Shown here: in pieces, positions 7,094 through 16,490 of the stretch | Layout of the letters: the number at the start of each line of letters is the position of its first letter | Position numbering within the stretch: position 1 is the first letter of the stretch | From: a virus | IMG/VR virus record: IMGVR_UViG_3300033388_006651 | Coordinates: 82,770 to 146,769 of that record | Strand: one strand, 5' to 3' | Length of the DNA: 64,000 nucleotides | Notes under the pieces: model-generated | What the model was told of the DNA's origin: nothing | Databases searched by the model: none | Seen by the model: the letters and a program-made list of their open reading frames with translations, nothing else | Translations under genes and position numbers: made by a program

Positions 7094-8128
7094 ATGGCTG
7101 AGATGATCCAGGGACTCGATGTAGCTCACCACCAGGGCAACGTAGATTTCGCGGAAGTCGCCGGTGATGGTTTCCGCTTCTGTGTGTGCAAGGCGACGGA
7201 GGGGGCCGACTACGAGGACCCGAAGTTTCGTGAAAACATGCGGAAGATCGCGGAGCTGCGTGTGGTCGATCCGTCCTTTTTCGGGGGCGCGTACCACTTC
7301 GCTCGACCGGACAACCGCACCGGCCGTGCTGGCGGTGAAACCGAAGGTCGCTGGTTCTCCCAGATTCTCAACGAGGTGTCGGCCGAGTACGGGTTCTCCA
7401 TCGAGCATGATTTTCTCGAACCCGCACTCGACTTCGAGAAGTACAGCGACTCAAGCGGCACCGACAACATCCCGTGGATCGAAGGGTTCCTCGATGTCCT
7501 CAAGAGTGAGACGGGTCGCGACGGGATGATCTACACGGGACCGAACGTGTGGATGTATGAGGTCAGCAACACGACCCAGTTCAACGACTACCCACTCTGG
7601 GAAGTCACTTACAGTTCGCAGGGATCGAACCCCGATGCCCAACCTCCCCGGATGCCGAAGAACGAACCCGACGAGCCGTACTGGGAGTGGACGTTCTGGC
7701 AGTGGAGCGGTGGAGGAGACTATGCCTACTACCACCGACAGTTCGGGGACATCGCCGGCATCCCCAGCGGCATCGCGGATGTGAACCGTCTCAACGGAGG
7801 TGAAGAGCGGTTGCTGGAGCTCGCCAACGCTGGCCATTTGCCACCTCCCCCGGTGAACGTGACGTGGCCTCGACCTCCTGAGCAGATCGATCTGAACGAT
7901 TTGCGTGGTGCGTACTCCGAGTACGTGTCCCGCGTGCAGGGTCTCCTGCTGGCGCACAAGTACGGACCCAGCGGACTCACCGGTTCCAACGGTTTGCCCG
8001 ACGGGTTGATGGGCAACAAGACCGAGACCTATCTCGAGGACTTCAAAGCGAAGCGTGCCCTGCCAGCCGATACGGTCGTGGACTGGGACACCTGGTGGGC
8101 CCTGGCCTACGACAACCTGCGGGCTTAG
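7094..8128 (+). CDS. GH25 lysozyme with C-terminal peptidoglycan-binding domain
   Basis: GLDVAHHQG, KATEG, GAYHF, ALDFE and WTFWQWS; C-terminal VQGLL..DGLMG..T...L..D.VV. Confidence 0.92.
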   Translation: MAEMIQGLDVAHHQGNVDFAEVAGDGFRFCVCKATEGADYEDPKFRENMRKIAELRVVDPSFFGGAYHFARPDNRTGRAGGETEGRWFSQILNEVSAEYGFSIEHDFLEPALDFEKYSDSSGTDNIPWIEGFLDVLKSETGRDGMIYTGPNVWMYEVSNTTQFNDYPLWEVTYSSQGSNPDAQPPRMPKNEPDEPYWEWTFWQWSGGGDYAYYHRQFGDIAGIPSGIADVNRLNGGEERLLELANAGHLPPPPVNVTWPRPPEQIDLNDLRGAYSEYVSRVQGLLLAHKYGPSGLTGSNGLPDGLMGNKTETYLEDFKAKRALPADTVVDWDTWWALAYDNLRA

Positions 8129-8550
8129 GCGCCCATCGCTTCACGGACGGCCGCGAGGGCATCCGTGTACGACTTCGTCGTGCCACGTTGCCGCATCTTG
8201 GGGTCGGCGGTGTAGTGCCAGGTCGAACCGTCCCACGCGATGTTCTGACCATGGCGCACGGCGACGGTGCCATCGGTGATCATTTCGCCGTAGACCGTGA
8301 CGGTCTTGAGGCAGCGGCAGGCGGCTTCCTGGATCTGGTCTTCGTCGAGTACATCGAGCACTTCACCGAGCTTGGTGTAAACGCGCATCAGTCCTTGGAT
8401 GGCGTCGTAGTGCGTCAGGTGGAGGGCGTCTTTGAACGTCAGTCCGGTGATGGCCATCCAGGGTCGGAGTACATCGATGATGGGGACGTTGGTGTCCTCG
8501 CGGAGGTTGCCGATTTCGACGATGGCGTCTTTGAGCGTGATTTGTGACAT
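8125..8550 (-). CDS. Hypothetical protein
   Basis: Good codon usage; AGGA RBS and a TTGACT element upstream. Confidence 0.7.
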   Translation of the reverse strand: MSQITLKDAIVEIGNLREDTNVPIIDVLRPWMAITGLTFKDALHLTHYDAIQGLMRVYTKLGEVLDVLDEDQIQEAACRCLKTVTVYGEMITDGTVAVRHGQNIAWDGSTWHYTADPKMRQRGTTKSYTDALAAVREAMGA

Positions 8551-8799
8551 GTGGTTTTGTGTCCTGTGTGGGTGAGGTCGAACCCCAAAGCCATGTTACC
8601 CACCGAAAAGTGCAGTCAAGTTGCTTTCGCCTGCATTTCGGGGCTCTCAGGGGCCCTCAGACGCCTCAAGAACCCCGAGGGCGCGTAGGAGGTCCCCGAG
8701 GCCCCGCCAACGCCCTCCGGGCCCCTGGTGGCGACCCTACGGCCGGGGTCTGGGCCTACCGCGCACCGGTAGTCGTCCTATCAGGAGCCCTTTCGTGAG

Positions 8800-9540
8800 A
8801 TGCGCATGAAGACTTCGACCTCGCCGGGTGGCCGCGAAGTGGGTTCTCCGAGTTTCACGAAACGGGAGACGAGCCCCATGGTGTCTGGTTCGATCAGCAC
8901 GGCGCTTTCGGCCCGGATCATTCGGCTCGCACATTCGCGCCCGGAACTGCGCGATGCGCTCCAGCCGCTGCTCTACGTGATCGCGGCCAAGCAGGACTCG
9001 GCCAGTTCGGAGCTCCGGCGGAAAGAGCAGAGGGAGTTCTCCGAACTCTTGAGCTTCGGTCCTCGGTTCGGCGTCATTTCGGCTCACGACGGGAAAGACA
9101 GCACCCAGAACCGGATCCGTCGAGCGAAGCTCATCACGGACCTTTCTCGACTGGGCTACCGGAAAGTGTCACCGATGCGAGGAAACTGGGAGCTGCTCCC
9201 GGAAGACTCGTTGATGATCCAGAACATCCGCCCGCAGGACCTGTTCCAGCTTGGCCGCAAGTACGGCCAGGAGTTTGTGGTGTTCTCTGACGAGCCTGGT
9301 CTCGTTGGTTTCTACTACCTGACCGGCGACCCGAAGACGCGCATCATCGTGGACCCCAAGGGTGACACGACGTTCCGTTCGTTGACGGACATGACGCCTT
9401 ACTCTCGAGCCCGTGGTCTCGATGTGGAGTTCGGTTTGCTGTGGTCCCAGGAGTTTCCGTGGGACGGCGGTGATCATCTCGATCGTCGTCGCGTCCGTAC
9501 CGAGCTCAAGAACCAGGGCCTCCAGAACGTGACGCCGTAA
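8800..9540 (+). CDS. Phage protein, DUF3293-like
   Basis: FGVISA...N....L..DL..LGY...G.W...E.S......LGRKYGQE pattern; class-B motif at 8778. Confidence 0.65.
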   Translation: MRMKTSTSPGGREVGSPSFTKRETSPMVSGSISTALSARIIRLAHSRPELRDALQPLLYVIAAKQDSASSELRRKEQREFSELLSFGPRFGVISAHDGKDSTQNRIRRAKLITDLSRLGYRKVSPMRGNWELLPEDSLMIQNIRPQDLFQLGRKYGQEFVVFSDEPGLVGFYYLTGDPKTRIIVDPKGDTTFRSLTDMTPYSRARGLDVEFGLLWSQEFPWDGGDHLDRRRVRTELKNQGLQNVTP

Positions 9541-9703
9541 CCGGTTCGTCAAGTTCTTTGGCGATCAGCTCTTCGAGCTTGTCGAGATCGATCTGGTGAA
9601 CGTGCAAAGGCACTTGCGAGGAAAGCCATTCTCGCTTTCGCCAGAAATCCACGATTGCCTTCGCTCGGGAGCGAGGGTTAGAGACAAGGGCGGCGGCAGC
9701 CAT
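9506..9703 (-). CDS. Small hypothetical protein
   Basis: TACGGT-N6-ATG leaderless-type start. Confidence 0.5.
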   Translation of the reverse strand: MAAAALVSNPRSRAKAIVDFWRKREWLSSQVPLHVHQIDLDKLEELIAKELDEPVTASRSGGPGS

Positions 9704-9809
9704 GGCTCAACCGTACCGATGAGAAGGGGGCGCGACGGCCGCGAAAAAGTCCAAAGTCTACGAAAACGGGGACTTTGGGAAATTTGTCGGAGCGGCGTCG
9801 GGAGATCTC

Positions 9810-9950
9810 TTACTCCTGTGGATCGGGCACAGCCTGTTCGTGAAGTTCTGCGACCCGGCTACTGCGCGCCGCTTCTTTGGCTTTGGCCTTGGCGTCTTTT
9901 GCCTTCGCCCCATTTTTGCGGGTGATTACGGGTGGTTCGCTAGCCATCAT
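9810..9950 (-). CDS. 46-aa Lys/Ala-rich small protein (not in ORF track)
   Basis: MMASEPPVITRKNGAKAKDAKAKAKEAA...; class-B motif GATAA-N5-CTATCA at 9962-9977 directly upstream. Confidence 0.5.
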   Translation of the reverse strand: MMASEPPVITRKNGAKAKDAKAKAKEAARSSRVAELHEQAVPDPQE

Positions 9951-9978
9951 TCAGGGGAAGCTGATAGGCCCGTTATCG

Positions 9979-10756
9979 TCAGAGTTTCCCTTTTCGGGAT
10001 CGAGCGACTTCCATCATCGGACTCACGTCCACCCACCCGGGCCAGGTGATGATGTCCACGCTCACGAACTCTTTCCACCGTTCGTGCTTGGTGAGATCGT
10101 TCCACACCGTCCGGCGCCACGCCCACTTCTGTGTGCTCACCTCATCGGGCTTGTCGGTGTTGTTCCAGTAGGCGAAGTCCTCGAGCCGTTTGTCGTCGGC
10201 CATGAAGTCGAGGAGCCCGCCGAGGTGGCACCGACGATCGCAGTAGGGGATGAGGTAGTACTTGCTTCGGTAGACCCGCATGGTGATCGAGGCATCGAGG
10301 GCCCACAGGTCCCAGGTGTGTTCGGCCAAGGTTTTCCCGTACTCCTTGTGCATCCACGAGTCGATATCGAAGGCCCCGGGTTTGTCTCCTTCGACGTGGG
10401 TGCGCTTCGACGCTTTGAGTATCTCTTCATCGCTCACGGCCATCAGATCTTCGAGGCGTTTGAGCTCGGGAGGACAGTGCTCGATGATCCACTCTCGGTA
10501 GAGGCTGACCCATTTGGTGGGCACGTCGGTGTCGGGGTGGTGCTCCTTGAGCCATGCGGCGAAGAGGCGGTTTTCTTCTTCGACCTTGAGCCATGCGTCG
10601 CTTGAGCGGCCGTCGAGAATGTCGTGGAAGGTCTTGGAAGGTCTTGGCGAGGCGCTCTTTGGCAGCGTCCTGACCCTGCCGTTTGAGATCCCAGAGCAGC
10701 TCGTAGGGATCAACCCCCTTGGCGACCCGATATGCCTCGTAGATCTTGATACTCAC
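9979..10756 (-). pseudogene. Hypothetical phage gene frameshifted by a 10-bp tandem duplication
   Basis: MSIKIYEAY...RLAKTF joins HDILDG... when one GGAAGGTCTT copy (10626-10645) is removed, giving 255 aa. Confidence 0.75.
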
Positions 10757-10795
10757 ACCCCTTGTACGCTTTCGTGAAAAGTTGGGATCCGTTTG

Positions 10796-10821
10796 TGTAA
10801 AAAGTTCGCCCCCTCCGTGCA
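10796..10821 (+). promoter_or_regulatory. Class-A motif TGTAAA-N14-CGTGCA
   Basis: Exact spacing; lies at the head of a + strand gene run. Confidence 0.65.
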
Positions 10822-10919
10822 CAGGGTGAGACCAAGATGGCCACCACGTATCCGCGAATCGCGCACATCCTTTGGAGTCCGGGTGAGTCACATGATCCCC
10901 AGGTCTTTTTGGAGCACCT

Positions 10920-11696
10920 ATGAACCGCATCACCAACGGCACCGACCTCATGAACCTTCTGGAGAGCATCAAGATGGTCGGCACCCGCTTGGCCGAGTGG
11001 GACTTCCGATGGGCGATGCAGGAACTCAAGACCGGCGATGTTGACGGCTGGCTCGTGCAGTGTTCGTTCGAGCGCCCGGATGTCAACGGAGAGTTTACCG
11101 AGCAGGGGCTCGGCTATGGCCGCGAGTGGTTCATCGCCAACGGGGCGCCGGACACCGGCGTGGTGTTCACGGCCTGGGAGGCGATGAAATTCATCGTCTT
11201 CCATGAGCTCCACGAGGCGTTTACTGTGGTGATCGATGGGAAGCGCGTGCGCCTCCTGGACCCCCACAAAGAGCTGACCGACTTGGCTGTTGGGAGCCGT
11301 TATGTCGGGGGGGAGATCGAAGGACGGTTTCCGGCAAAGATCGAAGGACAGTTTCTGGCAGCCCGTGAAGACAAACCGTTCTCTCCTGAGAACTGGGTCC
11401 TCAAGTCCGAAGACAAGAAAGAGACCTCTTGGAGTCTCTGTGGCTCCAGCGACGGCGGCTTCCTCATGATCTTCGGGCTGAACCGCGAGGCCGGGGACTG
11501 GCTCCTCAACCTCGACGGCCCACAGCCCAAAGGCCCGTGGCGGATCGAAGGCAACATGGGCAACTACCTGTTGATCGGAACCGACGACGAGAAACTTGGT
11601 TGGGGTGTTCAGCCGGATCTCGCCCGCTGGATGGTCCGCCACAAGCTGGCCACGAGCACGGACTCTTACCTGACCCGAGAAAAAACTACATCATGA
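10920..11696 (+). CDS. Hypothetical phage protein
   Basis: GGAG RBS; GREWFI...HELHEAF...DPH motif typical of phage hypotheticals. Confidence 0.75.
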   Translation: MNRITNGTDLMNLLESIKMVGTRLAEWDFRWAMQELKTGDVDGWLVQCSFERPDVNGEFTEQGLGYGREWFIANGAPDTGVVFTAWEAMKFIVFHELHEAFTVVIDGKRVRLLDPHKELTDLAVGSRYVGGEIEGRFPAKIEGQFLAAREDKPFSPENWVLKSEDKKETSWSLCGSSDGGFLMIFGLNREAGDWLLNLDGPQPKGPWRIEGNMGNYLLIGTDDEKLGWGVQPDLARWMVRHKLATSTDSYLTREKTTS

Positions 11697-11878
11697 AGAT
11701 CAAATACATAGATTTTGAAGGCGTCGAGCGCGAGGTGGAAGCGAAAGTATCCGTGGACCTCGAGAGCGGCCACATCAACAGCAAACTCGACTGGGAAGAG
11801 CAGAAGCTGGTCCTTCGCGTCGGCGGCAGTGTCATTGGACGCAAGAGCCTCTGCTACCGGGAAGTAGAACGAAAATGA
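11693..11878 (+). CDS. Small hypothetical protein
   Basis: ATGA overlaps at both ends. Confidence 0.6.
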   Translation: MKIKYIDFEGVEREVEAKVSVDLESGHINSKLDWEEQKLVLRVGGSVIGRKSLCYREVERK

Positions 11879-12954
11879 GTGATCGAAAACGAGAAGCCAT
11901 CGCCGCCCTAGCCCTCGAACATTCCCGCGAGATGCAGGAACTCACCGGGGACAGCAAGACCGAAGCCAGGGCTGCGTTCCTCGAACTCTACACCTGGACT
12001 CCCGAGTGGATGGACAACGAGCCCCTAGCGAAGCGTTTGAAAAAGGCGTACCACGCCAACGGAGCTGAGAAAGGCGAACTGCCGCCGTTCCTTTGCAACC
12101 TCGCGGTGTTCGAGATGCTCGGCAAGGATCAGTCGCGGACGTTCGGTGCCATGCTGCGGATTCTCGCTGAGGCCATCGGTATTACCAGCGACGACATGCG
12201 CAAGGCCATGCGTGACAGTGACCGGAGCGAAGAGGAAGTCGCGGAGAGGGAGATCACCAAAGAGACCCCTCTGTCCGCCGAGGATTTTGACGCCATCGAG
12301 TTGACCCTCCGGAAAGATGGCAGTTACCTATTCGACGGTAACGACGGCCGACAGAAGATGCAGCGCGTCTTCCGAGCCCTCAACGCGACGCGAGCCATCT
12401 ATGATGCTCCGCACGATCCAGACTGGGAGTATTTCAGTGTCAAGCCCAAGGACCTGCGCATCGGTGACGAGATCGTTCGCCGTGGCCAGTGGAACCAAGT
12501 GCTCGGATTCTTCCTGCACGAGGAGGACAAGCGTTGGACCGACAAGGGCATGACCTTCTCGGAGGTCCCTGTGGGGTCCGAGGAACTCGACTGGAATGAT
12601 GAGCCCAAGGAGTACTTCGTGAAGACCGCATGGGGCAGCGACTCCGGCGAGAATTTCAAGGGCCAAGAGAAAATTGCTATCCGTCGCCGCAAAAGTGTGG
12701 GGGCCCCTCCGGCTAAGTCAGAAGCACCCAAAAAGACGCGGGCCAAGAAGTACCATGAGAAGCGTGGGCCAAACGGAAGACCGGAGGCCACCAAGAAGAA
12801 GACCACCAAGAAGAAGACCACCAAGAAGAAGACCACCAAGAAGAAGGGCGCCAGTAAGAAGACCACCAAGAAGAAGGGCGCCCGTAAGAAGAAAAGCGCC
12901 CGCAAGAAGACCTCCAAAAAGAAGGCCACCAAGAACCGAAGGAGCGCAGCATGA
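11875..12954 (+). CDS. Hypothetical protein with histone-H1-like Lys-rich tail
   Basis: C-terminal TKKKT repeats. Confidence 0.8.
   Translation: MSDRKREAIAALALEHSREMQELTGDSKTEARAAFLELYTWTPEWMDNEPLAKRLKKAYHANGAEKGELPPFLCNLAVFEMLGKDQSRTFGAMLRILAEAIGITSDDMRKAMRDSDRSEEEVAEREITKETPLSAEDFDAIELTLRKDGSYLFDGNDGRQKMQRVFRALNATRAIYDAPHDPDWEYFSVKPKDLRIGDEIVRRGQWNQVLGFFLHEEDKRWTDKGMTFSEVPVGSEELDWNDEPKEYFVKTAWGSDSGENFKGQEKIAIRRRKSVGAPPAKSEAPKKTRAKKYHEKRGPNGRPEATKKKTTKKKTTKKKTTKKKGASKKTTKKKGARKKKSARKKTSKKKATKNRRSAA
12788..12846 (+). repeat. 15-bp tandem repeat x4 (CCACCAAGAAGAAGA)
   Basis: Read directly; encodes TKKKT. Confidence 0.9.
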
Positions 12955-13331
12955 ACGAGAGCATCAAAGTTGAAGACCACACCAAGCACCCCCCCATCCT
13001 TGACGTTCGTCTGGATGGGGAGAAGACGGTTGTCATCGTCGATGTGCAGCAGATGTTCCGGAACATTTTTCCGGACGGCAGCACGAACGGGGACCCTGGT
13101 GTCTGGGGCGTCATCCTGGCGGACACGGTGCGGCACCTTGCACGAGCGCACCGTCAGGCTCTGGTGCGGCTTTCGGAGGGCGGCGGTGGCCCGATACCCC
13201 CTCCCGAGGAAGCCATCCTCGACCGGATCATGCAGATCCTGGTGGACGAGATGTCAAGCGAAGATCTCCCCAAGATCGAGTCCCACACCGTCGTCACCGG
13301 AGACGGGCCCAAGGGCCCCAAGGTGAGTTGA
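12951..13331 (+). CDS. DUF5076-like protein
   Basis: PGVWGVILADTVRHLARAH motif. Confidence 0.65.
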   Translation: MNESIKVEDHTKHPPILDVRLDGEKTVVIVDVQQMFRNIFPDGSTNGDPGVWGVILADTVRHLARAHRQALVRLSEGGGGPIPPPEEAILDRIMQILVDEMSSEDLPKIESHTVVTGDGPKGPKVS

Positions 13332-13789
13332 TGCCAGGCAAGCACGTCAAAGTCTCGGTCCCCATCCACATCGGAGGGACCCGCAACGAGAATCTGTTTG
13401 CGCTTCCCACCGACAAGCCGGATCATTTCAAGATCAACTCGATCCCATTCCACGCCTACGGCCTCAACGATGGGGACATCGTCCGCTGCGACAGTTCGCG
13501 CAAGGTTTTGGAGGTCGTCGAGGCCAGTGGGTTCCGGACGTTCCGTGTCGTGTTCGCACCTGGAACCGACATGGAGGCCATGAACGCGGTGGCCAAGCGT
13601 TTTCATGAACTCGAGGCCGGTTTGAACCTCGGATACCCTGGGTTCATGTCCCTCGACATCGGCCCCGACAAGGACCACGAGGCCCTGGTCGCGTACCTGG
13701 ACGAGCTTGAGGGCCAGGAGAGGATTCAGTACGAGAGTGCAGAGCAACGGGCCGAAGGGAGTTTCAGTGACCCAGAGCAGGAAGGGTAG
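13331..13789 (+). CDS. DUF4265-like protein
   Basis: ENLFA....FKINSIPFHAYGLNDGDIV...VVEASG..TFRV. Confidence 0.75.
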   Translation: MPGKHVKVSVPIHIGGTRNENLFALPTDKPDHFKINSIPFHAYGLNDGDIVRCDSSRKVLEVVEASGFRTFRVVFAPGTDMEAMNAVAKRFHELEAGLNLGYPGFMSLDIGPDKDHEALVAYLDELEGQERIQYESAEQRAEGSFSDPEQEG

Positions 13790-13797
13790 AGTGCCCC

Positions 13798-14004
13798 ATG
13801 TCCCGGGAGCCCGTGGAGGTCGAAGTCCTGGACAAGGACGGGACTCCTGCGATTCCGGAGAAACGGGTCACGGGGCCTCTAAGCCCGATCATCAACACGC
13901 TTGCGGCCGTGTTCGCTGTCCTGACCGCTCTCATGATTTTACTCATCGCCCTCGCAGCCACTTTGGCGAAGCAGGACGATGAGTCACCGCCGGACCCGGA
14001 ATAG
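13798..14004 (+). CDS. Small single-pass membrane protein
   Basis: Hydrophobic helix LAAVFAVLTALMILLIALAA; TAGAGT-N5-ATG start. Confidence 0.6.
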   Translation: MSREPVEVEVLDKDGTPAIPEKRVTGPLSPIINTLAAVFAVLTALMILLIALAATLAKQDDESPPDPE

Positions 14005-14042
14005 GTCCACGATTTTCACGGTACACCCCCCTGGAGGACTAC

Positions 14043-14801
14043 ATGGAACTAGGAAACATCCACGATCACGAACAACATCACCAATCTTTTCACCCAGACG
14101 CCAACTCTCGTCCCGCTCCTGATCCCAGTGCTGGCATCGGTGCCTTCATGGGCACCGTCTATGCCTGGATGACCGCTGGCCTCGCGCTGTCGGCCGGCAC
14201 CGCCTACTGGCTCAGCACGCAACCCGAACTCCTGGTGAGCCTCTTTTCCGGCGTCATGGGTTGGGTGCTCCTGCTCACCCCGTTCGTCCTGATTTTCGTG
14301 CTCGGGTTCCGTATCGAGAAGGCGTCTCTTGTCGAGAACGGGTTCTGGTATCTGCTGATGACCGGCATCATGGGAACCTGGCTGACCGGCATCGCCGTGC
14401 AAGCCGGTGAGGACCCGGCCTTCGCCACCTCGGTGTTTCAGACGCTTGGAGTGACCGTTGCCATGTTCGGTGGCATGTCGCTGACTGGATGGATCACCCG
14501 CAAGGACCTGTCCGCGATGGGCAGTTTCTTCGCCGCAGCCCTGTGGGGTCTGATCGCCATGATGCTCATGAACAGTTTCATGTTCCAGAGCCAAGCGATG
14601 GGCCTGGGTATTTCCGCCATTGCCATCGTGATTTTCGCGGGCCTCACCGCCTACGACACGCAGAAGATCAAGGAGTACTACTACTCCCACGGTGCCCATC
14701 ACGGGCTCGCCATCTGGGGTGCGCTGACGCTGTACCTCGACTTCGTCAACCTCTTCATCCACCTGCTCCGGTTCTTCGGCGCTGGCGGCAGCGACGACTA
14801 G
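14043..14801 (+). CDS. yccA: Bax inhibitor-1/YccA family membrane protein
   Basis: VYAWMTAGL, TRKDLS.MG, FAGLTAYDTQKIK and GALTLYLDFVNLF motifs. Confidence 0.93.
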   Translation: MELGNIHDHEQHHQSFHPDANSRPAPDPSAGIGAFMGTVYAWMTAGLALSAGTAYWLSTQPELLVSLFSGVMGWVLLLTPFVLIFVLGFRIEKASLVENGFWYLLMTGIMGTWLTGIAVQAGEDPAFATSVFQTLGVTVAMFGGMSLTGWITRKDLSAMGSFFAAALWGLIAMMLMNSFMFQSQAMGLGISAIAIVIFAGLTAYDTQKIKEYYYSHGAHHGLAIWGALTLYLDFVNLFIHLLRFFGAGGSDD

Positions 14802-14846
14802 GAGTGCGGGTGAAATAACCTGGGCTCGCTCGGGTTAGGAACTACG

Positions 14847-15110
14847 ATGGAACAAACGAACACAGACACGTCCTGGACTCCGTTCTACTACGAGAGCAAC
14901 CAGTACTTCGGTTGGATCGAAAGCCCCACCGACTGGGAAAAGGTCAAGACGGCCTACTCGCAGCGGGGCGGAATCCTGACCACGGACGAGTTGCTCGACA
15001 AATCCCACGTGGCGCCCGGTGCACCGCACATCAAGTACGGGCTGCGCAGTGAGTGTGACGGGGACAAGACGCTACGAGAGTTTTTCACTGAGCAGGGCAT
15101 GGCGCCCTGA
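14847..15110 (+). CDS. Hypothetical protein
   Basis: AGGA RBS; 87 aa. Confidence 0.6.
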   Translation: MEQTNTDTSWTPFYYESNQYFGWIESPTDWEKVKTAYSQRGGILTTDELLDKSHVAPGAPHIKYGLRSECDGDKTLREFFTEQGMAP

Positions 15111-15168
15111 TCAGGGATCAGTTGGCCTAGACGGGGATTTGTCCTCCATCGGCCCTGTCTAAGCTCCC

Positions 15169-15205
15169 AGAGGGCACCAGAACGGTTCTGGTGCCCTCTC
15201 TTTTT
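15169..15205 (+). terminator. Intrinsic terminator
   Basis: AGAGGGCACCAGAA-CGG-TTCTGGTGCCCTCT followed by CTTTTT. Confidence 0.85.
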
Positions 15206-15226
15206 GGTGAGGGGTACAAAGAGAGC

Positions 15227-15544
15227 ATGACGCCAACGATCTCCCAGGTGGTTGTGATGGCGCTGGCCATCGGCACCGTGTCCATGACCATCACGAAGGC
15301 CAGTTTCTTCGAGTGGTTCCGTAACTGGCTCGAGGATCACACCGACTTCCTGGCGGACCTGTTCTCGTGCCCCTACTGCATGAGTCACTGGGTCGCCCTG
15401 GGAGTCATGTTCCTGTACCAGCCGCTCATCCTCGACACGGGGAATAAGTGGCCCGATCTAATGATGTCCTGGTTTGCGCTGGTCGCCTTGGGTTCGCTGG
15501 TCGCCGGAGCGATTTCCCGGATTTTCGGAGGCGTTCACGAGTAA
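15227..15544 (+). CDS. DUF1360-like membrane protein
   Basis: IT...FFEWFR...LADLFSCPYCMSHW. Confidence 0.75.
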   Translation: MTPTISQVVVMALAIGTVSMTITKASFFEWFRNWLEDHTDFLADLFSCPYCMSHWVALGVMFLYQPLILDTGNKWPDLMMSWFALVALGSLVAGAISRIFGGVHE

Positions 15545-15716
15545 GGGTCTTGCGCTTCCCTCGGGGAGTGCCCAGCTCCATTTGACAAGTTACGTTGTTG
15601 CGCCCACTATGACATTGACGATCAGCCAAAGACCAAGTCGGTCACCGGATCTGATAGCCGAGGCATGTCGCCTCTTCGTCTTGCCCAGCTTTTGCTGGAA
15701 AGGAGAAGAAGAAGCG

Positions 15717-16490
15717 ATGTCCCAAAAATACTACGTCTACGTCTATCTGGATCCCCGGCACTATCCTCCTGAGCCCGTCTACGTTGGTAAAGGTCATGGG
15801 AAGCGGGCATGGGCCCATCTGTCCTGGACCCATAACGCGTGGCTGCGTCGGAAACTTCAGCGTATTCGCCGTGCAGGTTTGGAACCTGTCGTCGAGATTC
15901 TCCAAAAGGGGCTCACTGCTGGAGAAGCGAATGAACAGGAACGGCTGCTCATTGCACAGCATGGAAGAGCCGACCAAGGAAAGGGCACCCTCTGCAATTT
16001 CACTGACGGAGGGGAGGGCACGCCCGGCCGGGTCCCGACCCCTGAGACCCGAGCACTTTGGTCGCAACAACGCTCCCGACCTCAGACCCCTGCGCAGTAT
16101 GCAGCCAACTGTGCCAGGACTCAGACGGCGCAGTCTCGATCTCGTATTTCGGAAGCGACGAAAGGTCACCAGTGGCATACGCCAGGGCAGATCGAAGCTA
16201 TCCAACGATCAAATGCTACGCGAAAGGTAAGTGAAGAGACACGTACGAAGATGAGCGTGACGCGAAAAGCCAAAGGTCTGTCGGGGTCTCGACAGGAGAA
16301 GATGCGAACCGCCAAAAAACGCGCTCAGGAATCACGCACCCCCGAAGAACAAGCCGCTATCGTAGAGAAGACTGCCAGTAAAAATCGTGGCAAAAAACGT
16401 TCGGAAGAGACTAAACGCAAGCTGAAAGAGGCATGGGCGAGAAGACGGGAAAAATGGGGTCCTTCCGGGCAACCCCCGAGGGAACAGTGA
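15717..16490 (+). mobile_element. Free-standing GIY-YIG homing endonuclease with NUMOD3-like repeats
   Basis: YYVYVYLDP..YVGKG..RA..H, LCNFTDGGEG and SEETRTKMS/SEETKRKL repeats. Confidence 0.88.

Noticed and set aside
12399-13151. Antisense Phe/Leu/Val-rich apparent membrane protein (also 22958-23290)
   Set aside because: It is the reverse complement of Lys-rich repeats.
15545-16490. Group I intron housing the GIY-YIG gene
   Set aside because: Flanking genes are intact, the ORF directly overlaps the next gene, and no intron core elements were recognised.
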